Positions 10,577 through 20,151 of a DNA stretch of 64,000 nucleotides are shown here, piece by piece. The translations under genes and the position numbers were made by a program. Numbering within the stretch: position 1 is the stretch's first letter; each line of letters opens with the position of its first letter. The stretch is taken from assembly GCA_965227295.1 (NCBI GenBank), contig OZ245742.1:1920001-1984000 (forward strand). The letters are read 5' to 3'. The notes under the pieces are model-generated. The model had not been told where the DNA came from and searched no databases. It worked only from the letters and a program-made list of their open reading frames with translations. Source of the DNA: Leptonemataceae bacterium (GTDB lineage: Bacteria; Spirochaetota; Leptospiria; Leptospirales; Leptonemataceae).

Positions 10577-11194
10577 CTAGCGACTTTCACCCATCTCGAC
10601 GAGGAAGCCTTTGAGCATCTCTTCCAGATCCTTCTGGGCTTCTTTTTCTTTGTAGGCCATTTCCAGACGGACCAGATCGGCGACGTGTTGGGTCAGGTAG
10701 CCGTCGGAGTCAAAGTTCTTCAGCACGTCTTCCAGGTATGCCGTTTCGGAGCCCTGGAGCGAACCTTCCAGGTACAGATTGCACATGGTCTGGATGGCCA
10801 CGGCGCGGGCGGGGCCTTCCTGCGCCTCGTTCAGCAGGTCCTTAATGGGACCCATAATGATGCGCCGGTACGTGGGGAGGATGCTTGAGATGAGATCGAT
10901 GGTGCCGAAGGGGATGTTGTCCGGCAGATGCCTGGCGAGGCGCAGGAGCATTTTCATGGAGCGCAGCGTACCGGAGTAGCCTACGGCATGAATGACCGCG
11001 GAGCAGTAGCGACTATTTTTGCTCCAGGCCTCGGGGCTCTTGCACTCTTCGAGCATTTCGCCGAGCGCTTCGAGGGAGGCGGCGTCGCCGGCCGCGGCGG
11101 AATCGGACAACTGCTGCATGGCCAGAACCATGGCGTGGTCTCCCTCTTTCGCTTTGATCGAAGCGATGATGCTGTCGTGTTCCCCGGTAGGCAT
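10577..11194 (-). CDS. Hypothetical alpha-helical (HEAT-like) protein
   Basis: 205-aa ORF of helical composition, with GGGAG upstream of the start. Confidence 0.65.
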   Translation of the reverse strand: MPTGEHDSIIASIKAKEGDHAMVLAMQQLSDSAAAGDAASLEALGEMLEECKSPEAWSKNSRYCSAVIHAVGYSGTLRSMKMLLRLARHLPDNIPFGTIDLISSILPTYRRIIMGPIKDLLNEAQEGPARAVAIQTMCNLYLEGSLQGSETAYLEDVLKNFDSDGYLTQHVADLVRLEMAYKEKEAQKDLEEMLKGFLVEMGESR

Positions 11195-11334
11195 GGCAAA
11201 GACTCCCGCACGGTGGAGGGGGCACGGGATTCTTCAATCAAAAAAGGTGGAATCTCACAAGAATACAGTTGACTGGTTGTATAAATTGCGGGCCAGCCTG
11301 AACTTACTTCACGCTCCGGGATCGTGCAGGATGA

Positions 11335-13296
11335 TCACATCCGCAGCGCAACAATCGTTAAATCGTCGGTGACGGGGGCGTTGCCGCGAAAGTCCCTGGC
11401 GTCGGCGGCCAGAGCGTGGACCATTTGTTCGGCATGGAGTGCGGCGTTCCGTTCGGCGAAGGCCTGCACGCGGTCGATGCCGTAGAGTTCACCGGCGGCG
11501 TTTTGAGTTTCGTCGAGGCCGTCGGAGAAAAGCACGAGAGTGTCGCCGGCCTGCATGGCGAAGGTTTCGGTGTGATAGCGCGCGGCATCGAAGGCGCCCA
11601 GAACCGTGCCCCGGGCGTTGATGCTCCGGCCCTTGCCGGCGTGTACGAAGACCTGATCCGGATGGCCGCCGCAGGCGATGGAGACCCGGCCCTCCACGGC
11701 GTCGATGTCGGCGAGGACCGCGGTGAAGTAGGCGTTCAGTTTGCCGTAGCGCGCGCGATAGGCCGCGTTCAGGCGGCGCAGAATCTCGTCCACCGGCGCG
11801 TCGAGTTCGCTCAAACGATCGTACTCGTTCTTGATGATCATGGTCGTCAGCGCGGCCTGTACGCCGTGACCGGTGGCGTCCGCGAGAAAGATGCGATGCA
11901 CGCCGCGCTTGCGCTGGATGATGTCGTAGATGTCCCCGCCGATTTGAATCATGGGTTCGAAGTAGACGGCGGTTTGCAGTTCGTTGCAGCGCGGGCACTC
12001 GCGATTCAGTACGCTCGCCTGGACCTTGCGTGCCAGGTCCAGATCGTCGGACAGAGTCTTGAGCGTGCGCGCGAGTTCGGCCTCGGCGGCGGCCTTTTCT
12101 TCGTAGCGCAGTCGGTTTAATTCGGCCTCTTTCTCGGCGCTCTCCACGCGCAGGCGGACCTGGAGATTGCGCATGCGCAGATTGTTCTCGGCGTTGAATA
12201 CCTGATCTTTGATTTTTTGATACTGTTTGCTATGGTGCAGGGCCTTCACATAGTCGCCGCGGGCCTCGTAGAGTTCTGCCAGGCCCCGATGTACGCGGAA
12301 CGTCGTCGGCAGCGCGTCGGAATGATCCAGGGCGTCGAGGGCCTGCAGGAGATTTTCTTCGGCCAGGTCCAGCTTGCCGACTTCCCGGTGCAGGCTGCCG
12401 AGATTCAAAAGCACCTCCGCTTCAATGGCACGATTGCGGATCTTGCGGAGAATCAACAGGCAGTGGCCGTAAGCTTCCAGGGCTTTGTCCCGGCGACCCA
12501 GTTGATGGTACATGCCGCCAACTTCTAAGAGCGCGCCGGCTTCGCCGAGCAACTGTCCGTCCTCGCGGGACATCTTGAGGCTGATGTCGTAGTTCTTTAG
12601 CGCGTTTTCGAAATCTTCCTGGTGTTTGTAGAAGTGACCGATCTCCCAGTGCGTGCGGGCGACACCTGCGATGTGGCCGCTCTGTTGAAAGAGTTCCCGG
12701 GCCTTGTGAAAATGCGGCAGCGCGTCGACGTACTCGGCCAGGGCGACGTGAATGCGCCCCATGTTATGATGGGCCCAGGCCTCGCCGCGGACGAAGCCGA
12801 CTTCCCGGCACGCCTCGCGATTGGCCAGGGCGTACTCCAGGGATTGTTCGTACCGTCCCAGATAAAAGTTCGCGTTCGAGGCGATGTCCAGTGCCGTGGA
12901 TTCCCCCTTGCGGTCCCCGACTTCACGAAAGAGGCGGATGCTGTGTTTCGCCAGGTTCAGTCCCCGACCCAGGCGTGTGATCAAAAGATGATAGTACGCA
13001 AGATTACGTAATGCCGCGGCCAGGCCGGGGAGGTGGCCCAGCTCGCGGGCCCGGCGCAGGGTTGCGCGGCTCAGTCGATACGTACGATCGGTGTCGAGGA
13101 GCGCGGTTTCCCAGGCGAGTTCGTTCGTAAGATCGACGCGTTCTTCGCAGTAATCGTCGCCGTGTTGCTCGTAAGATTGGAGTTGCGCTTCCAGTTCGCG
13201 GATGCGTTCGTGCTGGGCCGACGATCCGCTCGGAGGTGCGATGCCCTGCGGTGCGGACTGAGGAGGCTCCTCCAGAATTTGCAAATCGTCGGGCAT
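11335..13296 (-). CDS. TPR-repeat protein with C-terminal PP2C/SpoIIE phosphatase domain
   Basis: Multiple TPR-like repeats, then IGGDIYD, ADATGHGV, LFSDGL and DDLT motifs. Confidence 0.9.
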   Translation of the reverse strand: MPDDLQILEEPPQSAPQGIAPPSGSSAQHERIRELEAQLQSYEQHGDDYCEERVDLTNELAWETALLDTDRTYRLSRATLRRARELGHLPGLAAALRNLAYYHLLITRLGRGLNLAKHSIRLFREVGDRKGESTALDIASNANFYLGRYEQSLEYALANREACREVGFVRGEAWAHHNMGRIHVALAEYVDALPHFHKARELFQQSGHIAGVARTHWEIGHFYKHQEDFENALKNYDISLKMSREDGQLLGEAGALLEVGGMYHQLGRRDKALEAYGHCLLILRKIRNRAIEAEVLLNLGSLHREVGKLDLAEENLLQALDALDHSDALPTTFRVHRGLAELYEARGDYVKALHHSKQYQKIKDQVFNAENNLRMRNLQVRLRVESAEKEAELNRLRYEEKAAAEAELARTLKTLSDDLDLARKVQASVLNRECPRCNELQTAVYFEPMIQIGGDIYDIIQRKRGVHRIFLADATGHGVQAALTTMIIKNEYDRLSELDAPVDEILRRLNAAYRARYGKLNAYFTAVLADIDAVEGRVSIACGGHPDQVFVHAGKGRSINARGTVLGAFDAARYHTETFAMQAGDTLVLFSDGLDETQNAAGELYGIDRVQAFAERNAALHAEQMVHALAADARDFRGNAPVTDDLTIVALRM

Positions 13297-13380
13297 CGGG
13301 GCGGGGCTCCAGATTCGAAAGTTAGCCAGGCCTGGGACGTACGGCAAGCGGAATTGCAGCGCGCAGACCGTAAACAAACA

Positions 13381-14377
13381 AAGCGGAGCTCCGGGGTGCG
13401 GATTCGCTGGATGTTTTTTCCGAAGCGACGACGCCGGGGAATTATGCTTTCCGCTGATGCGGAAAGCCGGCGGTTCAGAACTTCCGCCGACGCGAAAGTT
13501 CTGCCGGTCCGCCTTACCACGTCCCCCGAGCCGGACGCCGGTTTGCGACTGCGACTTTGTTTCGGCAACGTCTCTTATGAAGAAGACGCCGTTCCGGTGC
13601 GCCGTGCCACATTCCCCGGCATGACCTCCGCTCGTCAGCTGGAACCAGCCGTACCCTTAGAAGGCTAAATGTACACTGGCCTTCACTTACTTCAGAATTC
13701 GGGGCGTGGGCGAACTACCCGCGCGGTTTCGGTAGTTCAAGAGCTGCGGTTCGCTACCGTTGCCGTGAGAAACTTGAAGTAAGTCGCGAAATTGTGAAGG
13801 GACTTTTTTGGCTACGGCTGAGCGGGAGTTGTGGATTTTCGTTTTGCAAAGCATGTTGGAGTCGACCCGGACGCTGGTTGTGCGGATCCGCTATCGTAAC
13901 GTTCCTTGCGGCGACGACGCCGTTCCAGTCCGCCTTACCACGTCCCCCGGCCCAACCTCCGCTCGTCAGCTGGAACCAGTTGTACCCATAAAAGGCTTAA
14001 TGTACACTCACCGCCACTTACATGACGATTCGGGGCGTGTCTGAACGTTTCGCGAGTTTTCGGTGGTTCAAGAGCTGCGGTTCGCTACCGTTGCCGTGAG
14101 AAACTTGAAGTAAGTCGCGAAATTGTGAAGGGACTTTTTTGGCTACGGCTGAGCGGGAGTTGTGGATTTTCGTTTTGCAAAGCATGTTGGAGTCGACCCG
14201 GACGCTGGTTGTGCGGATCCGCTATCGTAACGTTTCTTGCGGCGACGACGCCGTTCCAGTCCGCCTTACCACGTCCCCCGGCCCAACCTCCGCTCGTCAG
14301 CTGGAACCAGTTGTACCCATAAAAGGATTAATGTACACTGGCCGCCACTTACACCACGAAGGGGTGTAAGTGAACCT
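13381..14377 (+). repeat. Array 1 of the 330-bp structured repeat family (about 3 units, 331-bp period)
   Basis: cagctggaaccag at 13636, 13967 and 14298; ggctacggctgagcgggagttgtgga at 13810 and 14141. Confidence 0.95.
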
Positions 14378-16012
14378 TCAGACGACTGCGGCCAGGCGTT
14401 GTTCGATGCGTTCGGCGACGGCCTCGTAGCCGAGCAGGGAAAATAACGTCGGCAGTTCCAGGCCCTGCATGGAGCCGGTGCTCGCGATGCGAATGGGCAT
14501 GAACAATCCGCGGCCCTTCGCCCCGCTGCGTTCGCCGGCTTCTTTCATGAGCGCGGAGTAGGTCTCGGGATCTTCCGGTTTGCGTTCGCGGATGAGATCG
14601 CGGAAGGCCTCCACCGCGGCGCGGCCGGTGTCGTCGCCGAGCAATGCTTTCGCCTCGTCGCTTTCAATGTGACCGGCCTGGTCGGCGAAGAGTTCGCGCG
14701 CGTACGCGGGGAACTCGTCGAGGGTATCCAGATAGACCTTAACTGACTCGAAGGTTTTCTTAAGGGTTGCCTCGTCGGCCTGGAGATCCGGGGCCTCCGT
14801 CTGCACGAAGGCGCTGACCTCGGCCCAGAGTTCTGCAATGGGAGTCTCGCGAATGTAGCGGTTGTTCAACCAGTTCAGCTTGGACTTCTTGTTGATGTGT
14901 TTACTCAGTTCGTCGCGGCTGAGTTGCGTGGGATCGAAGTCTTCGCCCTCGGACTCGCCGGCGCTGCCGGGATCGTTTTTCTGTGTCTTGCCGGCCTTCG
15001 CGTTCTTGTCTTTTTTGCCGCCACCTTTGCCACCTTTGCCACCTTTGCCGGGTTTGCCGATCAAGAAAAAGTCGAACATGGACGGTGACTTCGAGCAGTG
15101 CGCCACGTCGAAGCGCTTCGCCAGTTCCTTCCCGGGCAGATACTCCACTCCGTCCCGGGGATACCAGCCGAGCAACGCCATGTAGTTCGACACGGCCTCG
15201 GGCAGGTAGCCGAGTTTTTTGAAAAACAGCACCGATGCGGCGCCCCGGCGCTTCGACAGCTTGCGATGATCCGTACCGACGATCTCCGAGATGTGCGCGT
15301 ACTGCGGTTGCTCTAACTTCAGGGCCTCGTGGATTAAGATCTGCCGCGGCGTGTTCGAAAGATGGCCGACGCCCCGCACCACGTGGGTGATTTTCATTTC
15401 GTGATCGTCCACGACGACGGCGAAGTTGTACGACGGAAAACCGTTGGACTTGACGATGATGAAGTCGCCGATGAGACGCGAATCGAACTTCACGCGCCCC
15501 TGCACCTGATCGTCTACCACGATCTCCCGCGGGTCCACCTTGAATCGAACGGCGTAGGTTTCGCCGTTGCCCTGACGTTCGCTGACTTCCTCTTTCGAAA
15601 GGCCGCGACACTTGCCGTCGTAAACGTGGGGCAGGCCGAGTTCCTTCGACTTTTCCTGCTTCGCCGCGAGTTCACTGTCCGTACAGAAACACGGGTAGGC
15701 CAGGTCTTCGGCGAGCAGTCGGTCGACGTACTTCTGGTACGTATCGAGGCGCTCGCTCTGGCGATACGGCGTGTAGGGGCCACCGGCTCGCACGCCCTCG
15801 TCTTCTTTGATGCCCAGCCATTCCAGGGAATCGAGAATCAACTCCTCGCTTTCTTTGCTGGAGCGCTCCTGGTCGGTGTCTTCGACGCGTACTACGAAGG
15901 TGCCGCCGTGGGCCTTCGCGTGCAGGTAGTTGAACAACGCCGTGCGGGCCCCGCCGATGTGGAGGTAACCCGAGGGAGACGGGGCGAATCGTGTACGTAC
16001 TTCTTGTGCCAT
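14378..16012 (-). CDS. gltX: Glutamate--tRNA ligase
   Basis: RFAPSPSGYLHIGG (HIGH), RVEDTD, YRQSER and KLSKR (KMSKS) motifs. Confidence 0.96.
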   Translation of the reverse strand: MAQEVRTRFAPSPSGYLHIGGARTALFNYLHAKAHGGTFVVRVEDTDQERSSKESEELILDSLEWLGIKEDEGVRAGGPYTPYRQSERLDTYQKYVDRLLAEDLAYPCFCTDSELAAKQEKSKELGLPHVYDGKCRGLSKEEVSERQGNGETYAVRFKVDPREIVVDDQVQGRVKFDSRLIGDFIIVKSNGFPSYNFAVVVDDHEMKITHVVRGVGHLSNTPRQILIHEALKLEQPQYAHISEIVGTDHRKLSKRRGAASVLFFKKLGYLPEAVSNYMALLGWYPRDGVEYLPGKELAKRFDVAHCSKSPSMFDFFLIGKPGKGGKGGKGGGKKDKNAKAGKTQKNDPGSAGESEGEDFDPTQLSRDELSKHINKKSKLNWLNNRYIRETPIAELWAEVSAFVQTEAPDLQADEATLKKTFESVKVYLDTLDEFPAYARELFADQAGHIESDEAKALLGDDTGRAAVEAFRDLIRERKPEDPETYSALMKEAGERSGAKGRGLFMPIRIASTGSMQGLELPTLFSLLGYEAVAERIEQRLAAVV

Positions 16013-16026
16013 AACTTTTGCGATGC

Positions 16027-16614
16027 TTAATATAAGCTCTGGAGATATTTGTGGAGACCGCGCCGGTAGATCTGCATGACGACGACGTAGCTGCCGTCGG
16101 GTTCGGCGTGGACCTTGACGATGCGCCCTTCCTGCTGGATGAGCTCTTTGATTTTGCCGCGGCCGTAGGCGCCCATGCGCGAAGAGATGGATCGCTCGCG
16201 GAGAATCAATTCCTCGGCGCGGGCCTTCGCCGGTTCCTCGCCGCGCAACCGGGCGTCCTCGCGCGAATCGGCGATCACCGTAACATACACCTGGTACGTG
16301 TTACTGGAGACCAGGCCCTCGCGGCGATAGAGCGCGGGCAGGGTGCTGCTTTCGGAAAGTCCGCCGTGGCCGCCCTCGGCCTCGACGAACCGTCCGGGGT
16401 GATAGGGGCGGGCCTGGGTCTCTTCCGCGGGGCTCCGGCAGGCGCCGGCGAGCAGCAACAGGAGGATCAGCGTTCCGGCTGTGCGTCGTCCTCGACCTCG
16501 CGGAAGCCCTCGTCGTCTTGCCGGAACGTGGGGTCGCCGAGAGGATCGTTCGGATCCGTGGTGCCCGGCTCCGGTTCGGGCCGGCGTAACTGTTCGGCTT
16601 GTTTTCTCTGCCAT
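16027..16614 (-). CDS. Putative lipoprotein (true start uncertain, probably downstream of 16614)
   Basis: LLLLLAGAC lipobox; weak resemblance to the neighbouring lipoprotein (EGLVSSNTYQV versus EGFLSPNVLQT). Confidence 0.55.
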   Translation of the reverse strand: MAEKTSRTVTPARTGAGHHGSERSSRRPHVPARRRGLPRGRGRRTAGTLILLLLLAGACRSPAEETQARPYHPGRFVEAEGGHGGLSESSTLPALYRREGLVSSNTYQVYVTVIADSREDARLRGEEPAKARAEELILRERSISSRMGAYGRGKIKELIQQEGRIVKVHAEPDGSYVVVMQIYRRGLHKYLQSLY

Positions 16615-17213
16615 CGTTCGAGATTTTCCGGGCGGAAGGTGAGCGATACCGACCGGATTTGAGCCGGGAGGTCTTCGCCTTCAATCCGGAATACCACGGA
16701 ACACGACGCGCGGGAGCGGTTGTCCTGTAAAGCAATGAATCCCTGCTCCAGCAGGTCCCGGAAATCCAGCTCCGCGCGGATGAGATCGCGTTCGCTGAAA
16801 TCGAGGGGATAGTCCCGGGCGAAGTCCCCGCTGTCGACACCACTGCTGCGCTCCTGGCCGGGACGCACATCGAAATGCGTGTGCAGCATGACGCGCAGGG
16901 AGCGTTCTTTCGCCGTGCGCAGCGCCGTGTTCAGACAGAGTCGGTGGGCCGCCCGGGAGCCGCCGTAGCGCCGACTCTCGATCTCGGCCTGGCCGACGGT
17001 CTGGAGGACGTTCGGGCTGAGGAAACCTTCGGTCGTGAAGTTGTAGGTGACGTTTTGTTTTACCAGGAAAGAGGACGGTTGGCAATTTGCGGCGAGCAGT
17101 GTGAGAAGGAGCAAGATTTTACACCGAGGCGCCCAAAGAATTTTTTTAATACATGATACCACTTTACCGTCTCGGATCGTTTGCGAATGTAAAAGCTCTT
17201 CTTCAGCGTTCAA
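16467..17213 (-). CDS. Putative lipoprotein
   Basis: LLLLTLLAANC lipobox-like segment; overlaps the rRNA methyltransferase stop. Confidence 0.6.
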   Translation of the reverse strand: MNAEEELLHSQTIRDGKVVSCIKKILWAPRCKILLLLTLLAANCQPSSFLVKQNVTYNFTTEGFLSPNVLQTVGQAEIESRRYGGSRAAHRLCLNTALRTAKERSLRVMLHTHFDVRPGQERSSGVDSGDFARDYPLDFSERDLIRAELDFRDLLEQGFIALQDNRSRASCSVVFRIEGEDLPAQIRSVSLTFRPENLERWQRKQAEQLRRPEPEPGTTDPNDPLGDPTFRQDDEGFREVEDDAQPER

Positions 17214-18360
17214 CCAGAATCACGAGTTCCACGTGGGGCGTGCGCGGGAAAAAATCGAAGATGTGCAGTGACCCGGGTGCGTAGCCGTGGCCGAGCAGGC
17301 CTTCGAGATCGCGATCCAGGGTCGCGGGATTGCAACTGCTGTAGAGAATCGCGGGGACCGTGCCGGCGAAGGCGTCGATCTGCTCACGGGCCAGGCCGCC
17401 CCGGGGCGGGTTGATGATGGCGAGACCGGTGTCCGCGGCGGGAGCGACGGCGTGCTTGTAAAGATCCAGGGAGTGGAAGTTACCGGCGTAGCTCCGTTTC
17501 TTGAAGTTGCTCCGGGCGAACTTGAGCGAGCTGGAATGATTGTCGTAGCCGTCGTAGCGTTCCCCGAGAAGATCGCGTACGTAGCCGCCGATGAGTCCGT
17601 GGCCGCAGAAGAGTTCGACGGTGTTCGGTTGTCCCGGTGGCACGAGCGATCGCAGGGCGTCGAGCCAGGGCTGCAACAGATGACGATTCGTTTGACTGAA
17701 ACCGTCGTCGGGGCGGTCCCAGTCCAGGCCGTCGATCTCCAGGTCGTCCAGGGAATCGTAGAAGATCGACGGATCGCGCGGGCCGCGGCGACCGCGTCGC
17801 GGTGTGGGAACGCTCGCGGGGTCTTCTCTAAACGTACGGCGATCTTCGATTAAGACGGCGTTGATTTGCGGATCCAGTTGTTTGCAGCCGTCTTCGGGCA
17901 GGTCGATGAGGTCGTTCGACGACGGGGCGTAGAATCCCACGAGCACGTCGTCACCGTCGCGGCGGACGTGCAATCGCGTCCGCGCTCGATAACCGTCCGG
18001 CGGACTTGTGTGCACGACCTCGGCGATGCCGTTTGCCCGCAGTTGTTCGCGTACAGTGCGCAGGTGTTTGTGTTCGTTCAGTAGATCGAGCTTGAGCTGA
18101 AGTTCGCTTTCCGGACTCAGGTGGCGAAACGAACAGCCGCCGCAGCGCGGATAGACCGCGCAGTCGCTGCTGATGCGTTCCGGGGCCGGGCTGAGAATTT
18201 CGACCGCGCGCGCGAAGAGCAGGCGCGCGTTGCTTTGCATCACCTCGGCGCGGACTTCTTCGCCGGGCAGGGCGCCGTGCACGAACACCGTGCGGTCCGT
18301 GGTGGAATCGTGAGCGAGGGTGTAGCCGTTCTGGACCCACTTGCGCGGTCGGAGAATCAT
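17203..18360 (-). CDS. TrmA/RlmD-family RNA (uracil-5)-methyltransferase
   Basis: TRAM-like N-terminus (GALPGE), CxxYxRCGGC, FSQTN, NPPRGGL, YSSCNPATL and DFFPRTPHVE motifs. Confidence 0.9.
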   Translation of the reverse strand: MILRPRKWVQNGYTLAHDSTTDRTVFVHGALPGEEVRAEVMQSNARLLFARAVEILSPAPERISSDCAVYPRCGGCSFRHLSPESELQLKLDLLNEHKHLRTVREQLRANGIAEVVHTSPPDGYRARTRLHVRRDGDDVLVGFYAPSSNDLIDLPEDGCKQLDPQINAVLIEDRRTFREDPASVPTPRRGRRGPRDPSIFYDSLDDLEIDGLDWDRPDDGFSQTNRHLLQPWLDALRSLVPPGQPNTVELFCGHGLIGGYVRDLLGERYDGYDNHSSSLKFARSNFKKRSYAGNFHSLDLYKHAVAPAADTGLAIINPPRGGLAREQIDAFAGTVPAILYSSCNPATLDRDLEGLLGHGYAPGSLHIFDFFPRTPHVELVILVER

Positions 18361-18361
18361 G

Positions 18362-18697
18362 TTATTGGAAGAGACGCGATTGTTCGGTGGCGTCCCGGTC
18401 GTCGCCGTCTTCGTCGGTATCGATGGCCTGTTTGTCGAGGCTGCCGTCGTCCCGGCGTTCGAGATACTCGAGTTTCTTTTCGGCCTGTTCGAGTTTTTCG
18501 CGACAGACCTGGCGGAGTTGCATGCCCTTTTCGTAGGCCTTGATGCTTTCGTCGAGGCTCAGCGATCCGCTTTCGAGCTGGCGGGTGATGGTTTCGAGTT
18601 CTTCGATGGCCTCTTCGAAGGACAGGATGGGGCCGCCGTTTTGGGAAGGCGTTTCGCCGGACTTAGTCGCGGCTTTGCTCGCTGCTTTTTTGGCCAT
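18362..18697 (-). CDS. xseB: Exodeoxyribonuclease VII small subunit
   Basis: SFEEAIEELETITRQLESGSLSLDESIKAYEKG motif. Confidence 0.93.
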   Translation of the reverse strand: MAKKAASKAATKSGETPSQNGGPILSFEEAIEELETITRQLESGSLSLDESIKAYEKGMQLRQVCREKLEQAEKKLEYLERRDDGSLDKQAIDTDEDGDDRDATEQSRLFQ

Positions 18698-18751
18698 GAC
18701 GGCGTTCAACTTCTGGCGTGCTTACGAGGTTGCAAGCAGGTTTTGGGAGTC

Positions 18752-18838
18752 ACTCCGAGGACCGAGGTACCGAGGGTTATTGAGAAGCCTTTGTCCGGGG
18801 ACGCTCCTCACCTTCCTCGAAACCTCGGTCCTCGGAGT
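18752..18838. repeat. Intergenic inverted-repeat element built from CCGAGG units
   Basis: actccgaggaccgaggt (18752-18768) is the exact reverse complement of 18822-18838; an inner cgagg/cctcg pair extends the stem. Confidence 0.8.
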
Positions 18839-18847
18839 CGGTTTTCT

Positions 18848-19435
18848 TCACGCAAATCGAAACTTCATCTCCACATGCGCGGTGACTTCGATTTCGCTGG
18901 CGTGCAGCGTCGGTCCGTCTTCCCCGACGACGGCCTGGTCGATGTAAACCTCGGGAAAAACGTGGACGAGCTCACCGAGTTTGCGACCGGCCGCCGCGGC
19001 CACGGTGCGGGCCGTTTCCGTTCCCCGACTTACCGCTTCGTTCAGTACAGCTTCGCGCGCCGGGCCGGGATTGCTGAGAAACGATGATATCTCCAGTATC
19101 GGCGCATCTTCCATAAGCAGCATGGCCGTGTAGAACATCTGTAATGTTTCGGTGTGATTGGAGAAGCGCGCCGTGATTTCGCCGTGACCCTCAAAGCCGG
19201 TGAAGATTGATTGTTTCTCGCGATCGTACTGCGGCAGGACGCGCACATGCGATGCTTCGATGTGCAGATGCGCCGCGGGCGGCAGATCTCGCAGGCGGCT
19301 CAGAATGAGTTCCGCGCGTTGTTCGAGACGCTCGCGACATTGCTGGTAACTCGCGTCGTGCGTGTGTATGCGGAGCTGCGCCTGGATTGTATCGGGAACG
19401 AATCTGCGTTGCGTCGTTTCTGTCAGGACGATCAT
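18848..19435 (-). CDS. SIMPL (DUF541)-like protein
   Basis: Pattern PDTIQAQL...V.PQY...A...ARTVAAAAGRKLG...VTAHVEMKF. Confidence 0.7.
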   Translation of the reverse strand: MIVLTETTQRRFVPDTIQAQLRIHTHDASYQQCRERLEQRAELILSRLRDLPPAAHLHIEASHVRVLPQYDREKQSIFTGFEGHGEITARFSNHTETLQMFYTAMLLMEDAPILEISSFLSNPGPAREAVLNEAVSRGTETARTVAAAAGRKLGELVHVFPEVYIDQAVVGEDGPTLHASEIEVTAHVEMKFRFA

Positions 19436-19643
19436 GTTTGACTAGATCTCGTGATGCGCATTGCTACCAGCGTTTTTCAGCGCAAGATGATACGCTGTTT
19501 CCTACCGTTTTGCTCGGAAACTCCGCACAAGCTTTCCACATTTTTTTATGCATCCCGGTAAAGAAACTTGCATTCGTTATTGATCCATTTAGGGCGACAT
19601 GTAAGGTTTGGGGATATGGGAAGATCGTATCGGGAGCACGGCC

Positions 19644-20114
19644 ATGAAATTCCAGGAGCACACTACATCATATTCGACTAAGACGGCGCATCATGCGCTG
19701 AGCCCGCTGAACGAGGGCATTCAGGACAACGGCGTCCTGGACTTTTCCATTCGTTCGTTCGAGGATCATCATCTTGTGATGGTCGGGAGTTTCGATCTCG
19801 ACTACTACCAGGACGTGCAGATCGAATTCTCCGGCGTCAGTTATCTTTCCTGTCCCTCCGATTTTTCCGATGCATCGTTTCGCGAACTGGACCGCGAGGA
19901 ATGCGCGGACCTCATTGAATTTCTCGGTGAATCCCTGGATCACGAAAGCCGCGTCTTCGCGGTGGACATCGCCGATTTCTACAACGTGAACACGCACTAC
20001 ATCGTCGCCGATGACGTGGACTTTCAGTTCGGCAAAGTTTACTTCTATCCCCGCGAGAACCTGGAGCCCGGTGAAAGCATTGCGCCGTGGGTGATGGGGC
20101 AGGCCGCGGGTTGA
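19644..20114 (+). CDS. Hypothetical acidic protein
   Basis: Lone plus-strand ORF behind an AT-richer leader, with GGGAG RBS. Confidence 0.65.
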   Translation: MKFQEHTTSYSTKTAHHALSPLNEGIQDNGVLDFSIRSFEDHHLVMVGSFDLDYYQDVQIEFSGVSYLSCPSDFSDASFRELDREECADLIEFLGESLDHESRVFAVDIADFYNVNTHYIVADDVDFQFGKVYFYPRENLEPGESIAPWVMGQAAG

Positions 20115-20151
20115 TTTTTCTGCGCGCGGGAGGACGTTGCACCGCGCAATC

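Noticed and set aside
13958-13978. Hammerhead ribozyme core (CTGACGA on the minus strand) in the repeat unit
   Set aside because: The motif is not conserved (ctaacga, cagatga, ccgacga in other copies) and no correctly placed stem II-GAAA-stem III was found. An Infernal scan would be needed to exclude other ribozymes.
13381-14377. CRISPR or TIGR-type guide array
   Set aside because: The period is 331 bp with homology along the whole unit; there are no short repeats with unique spacers and no cas-like genes in the window.
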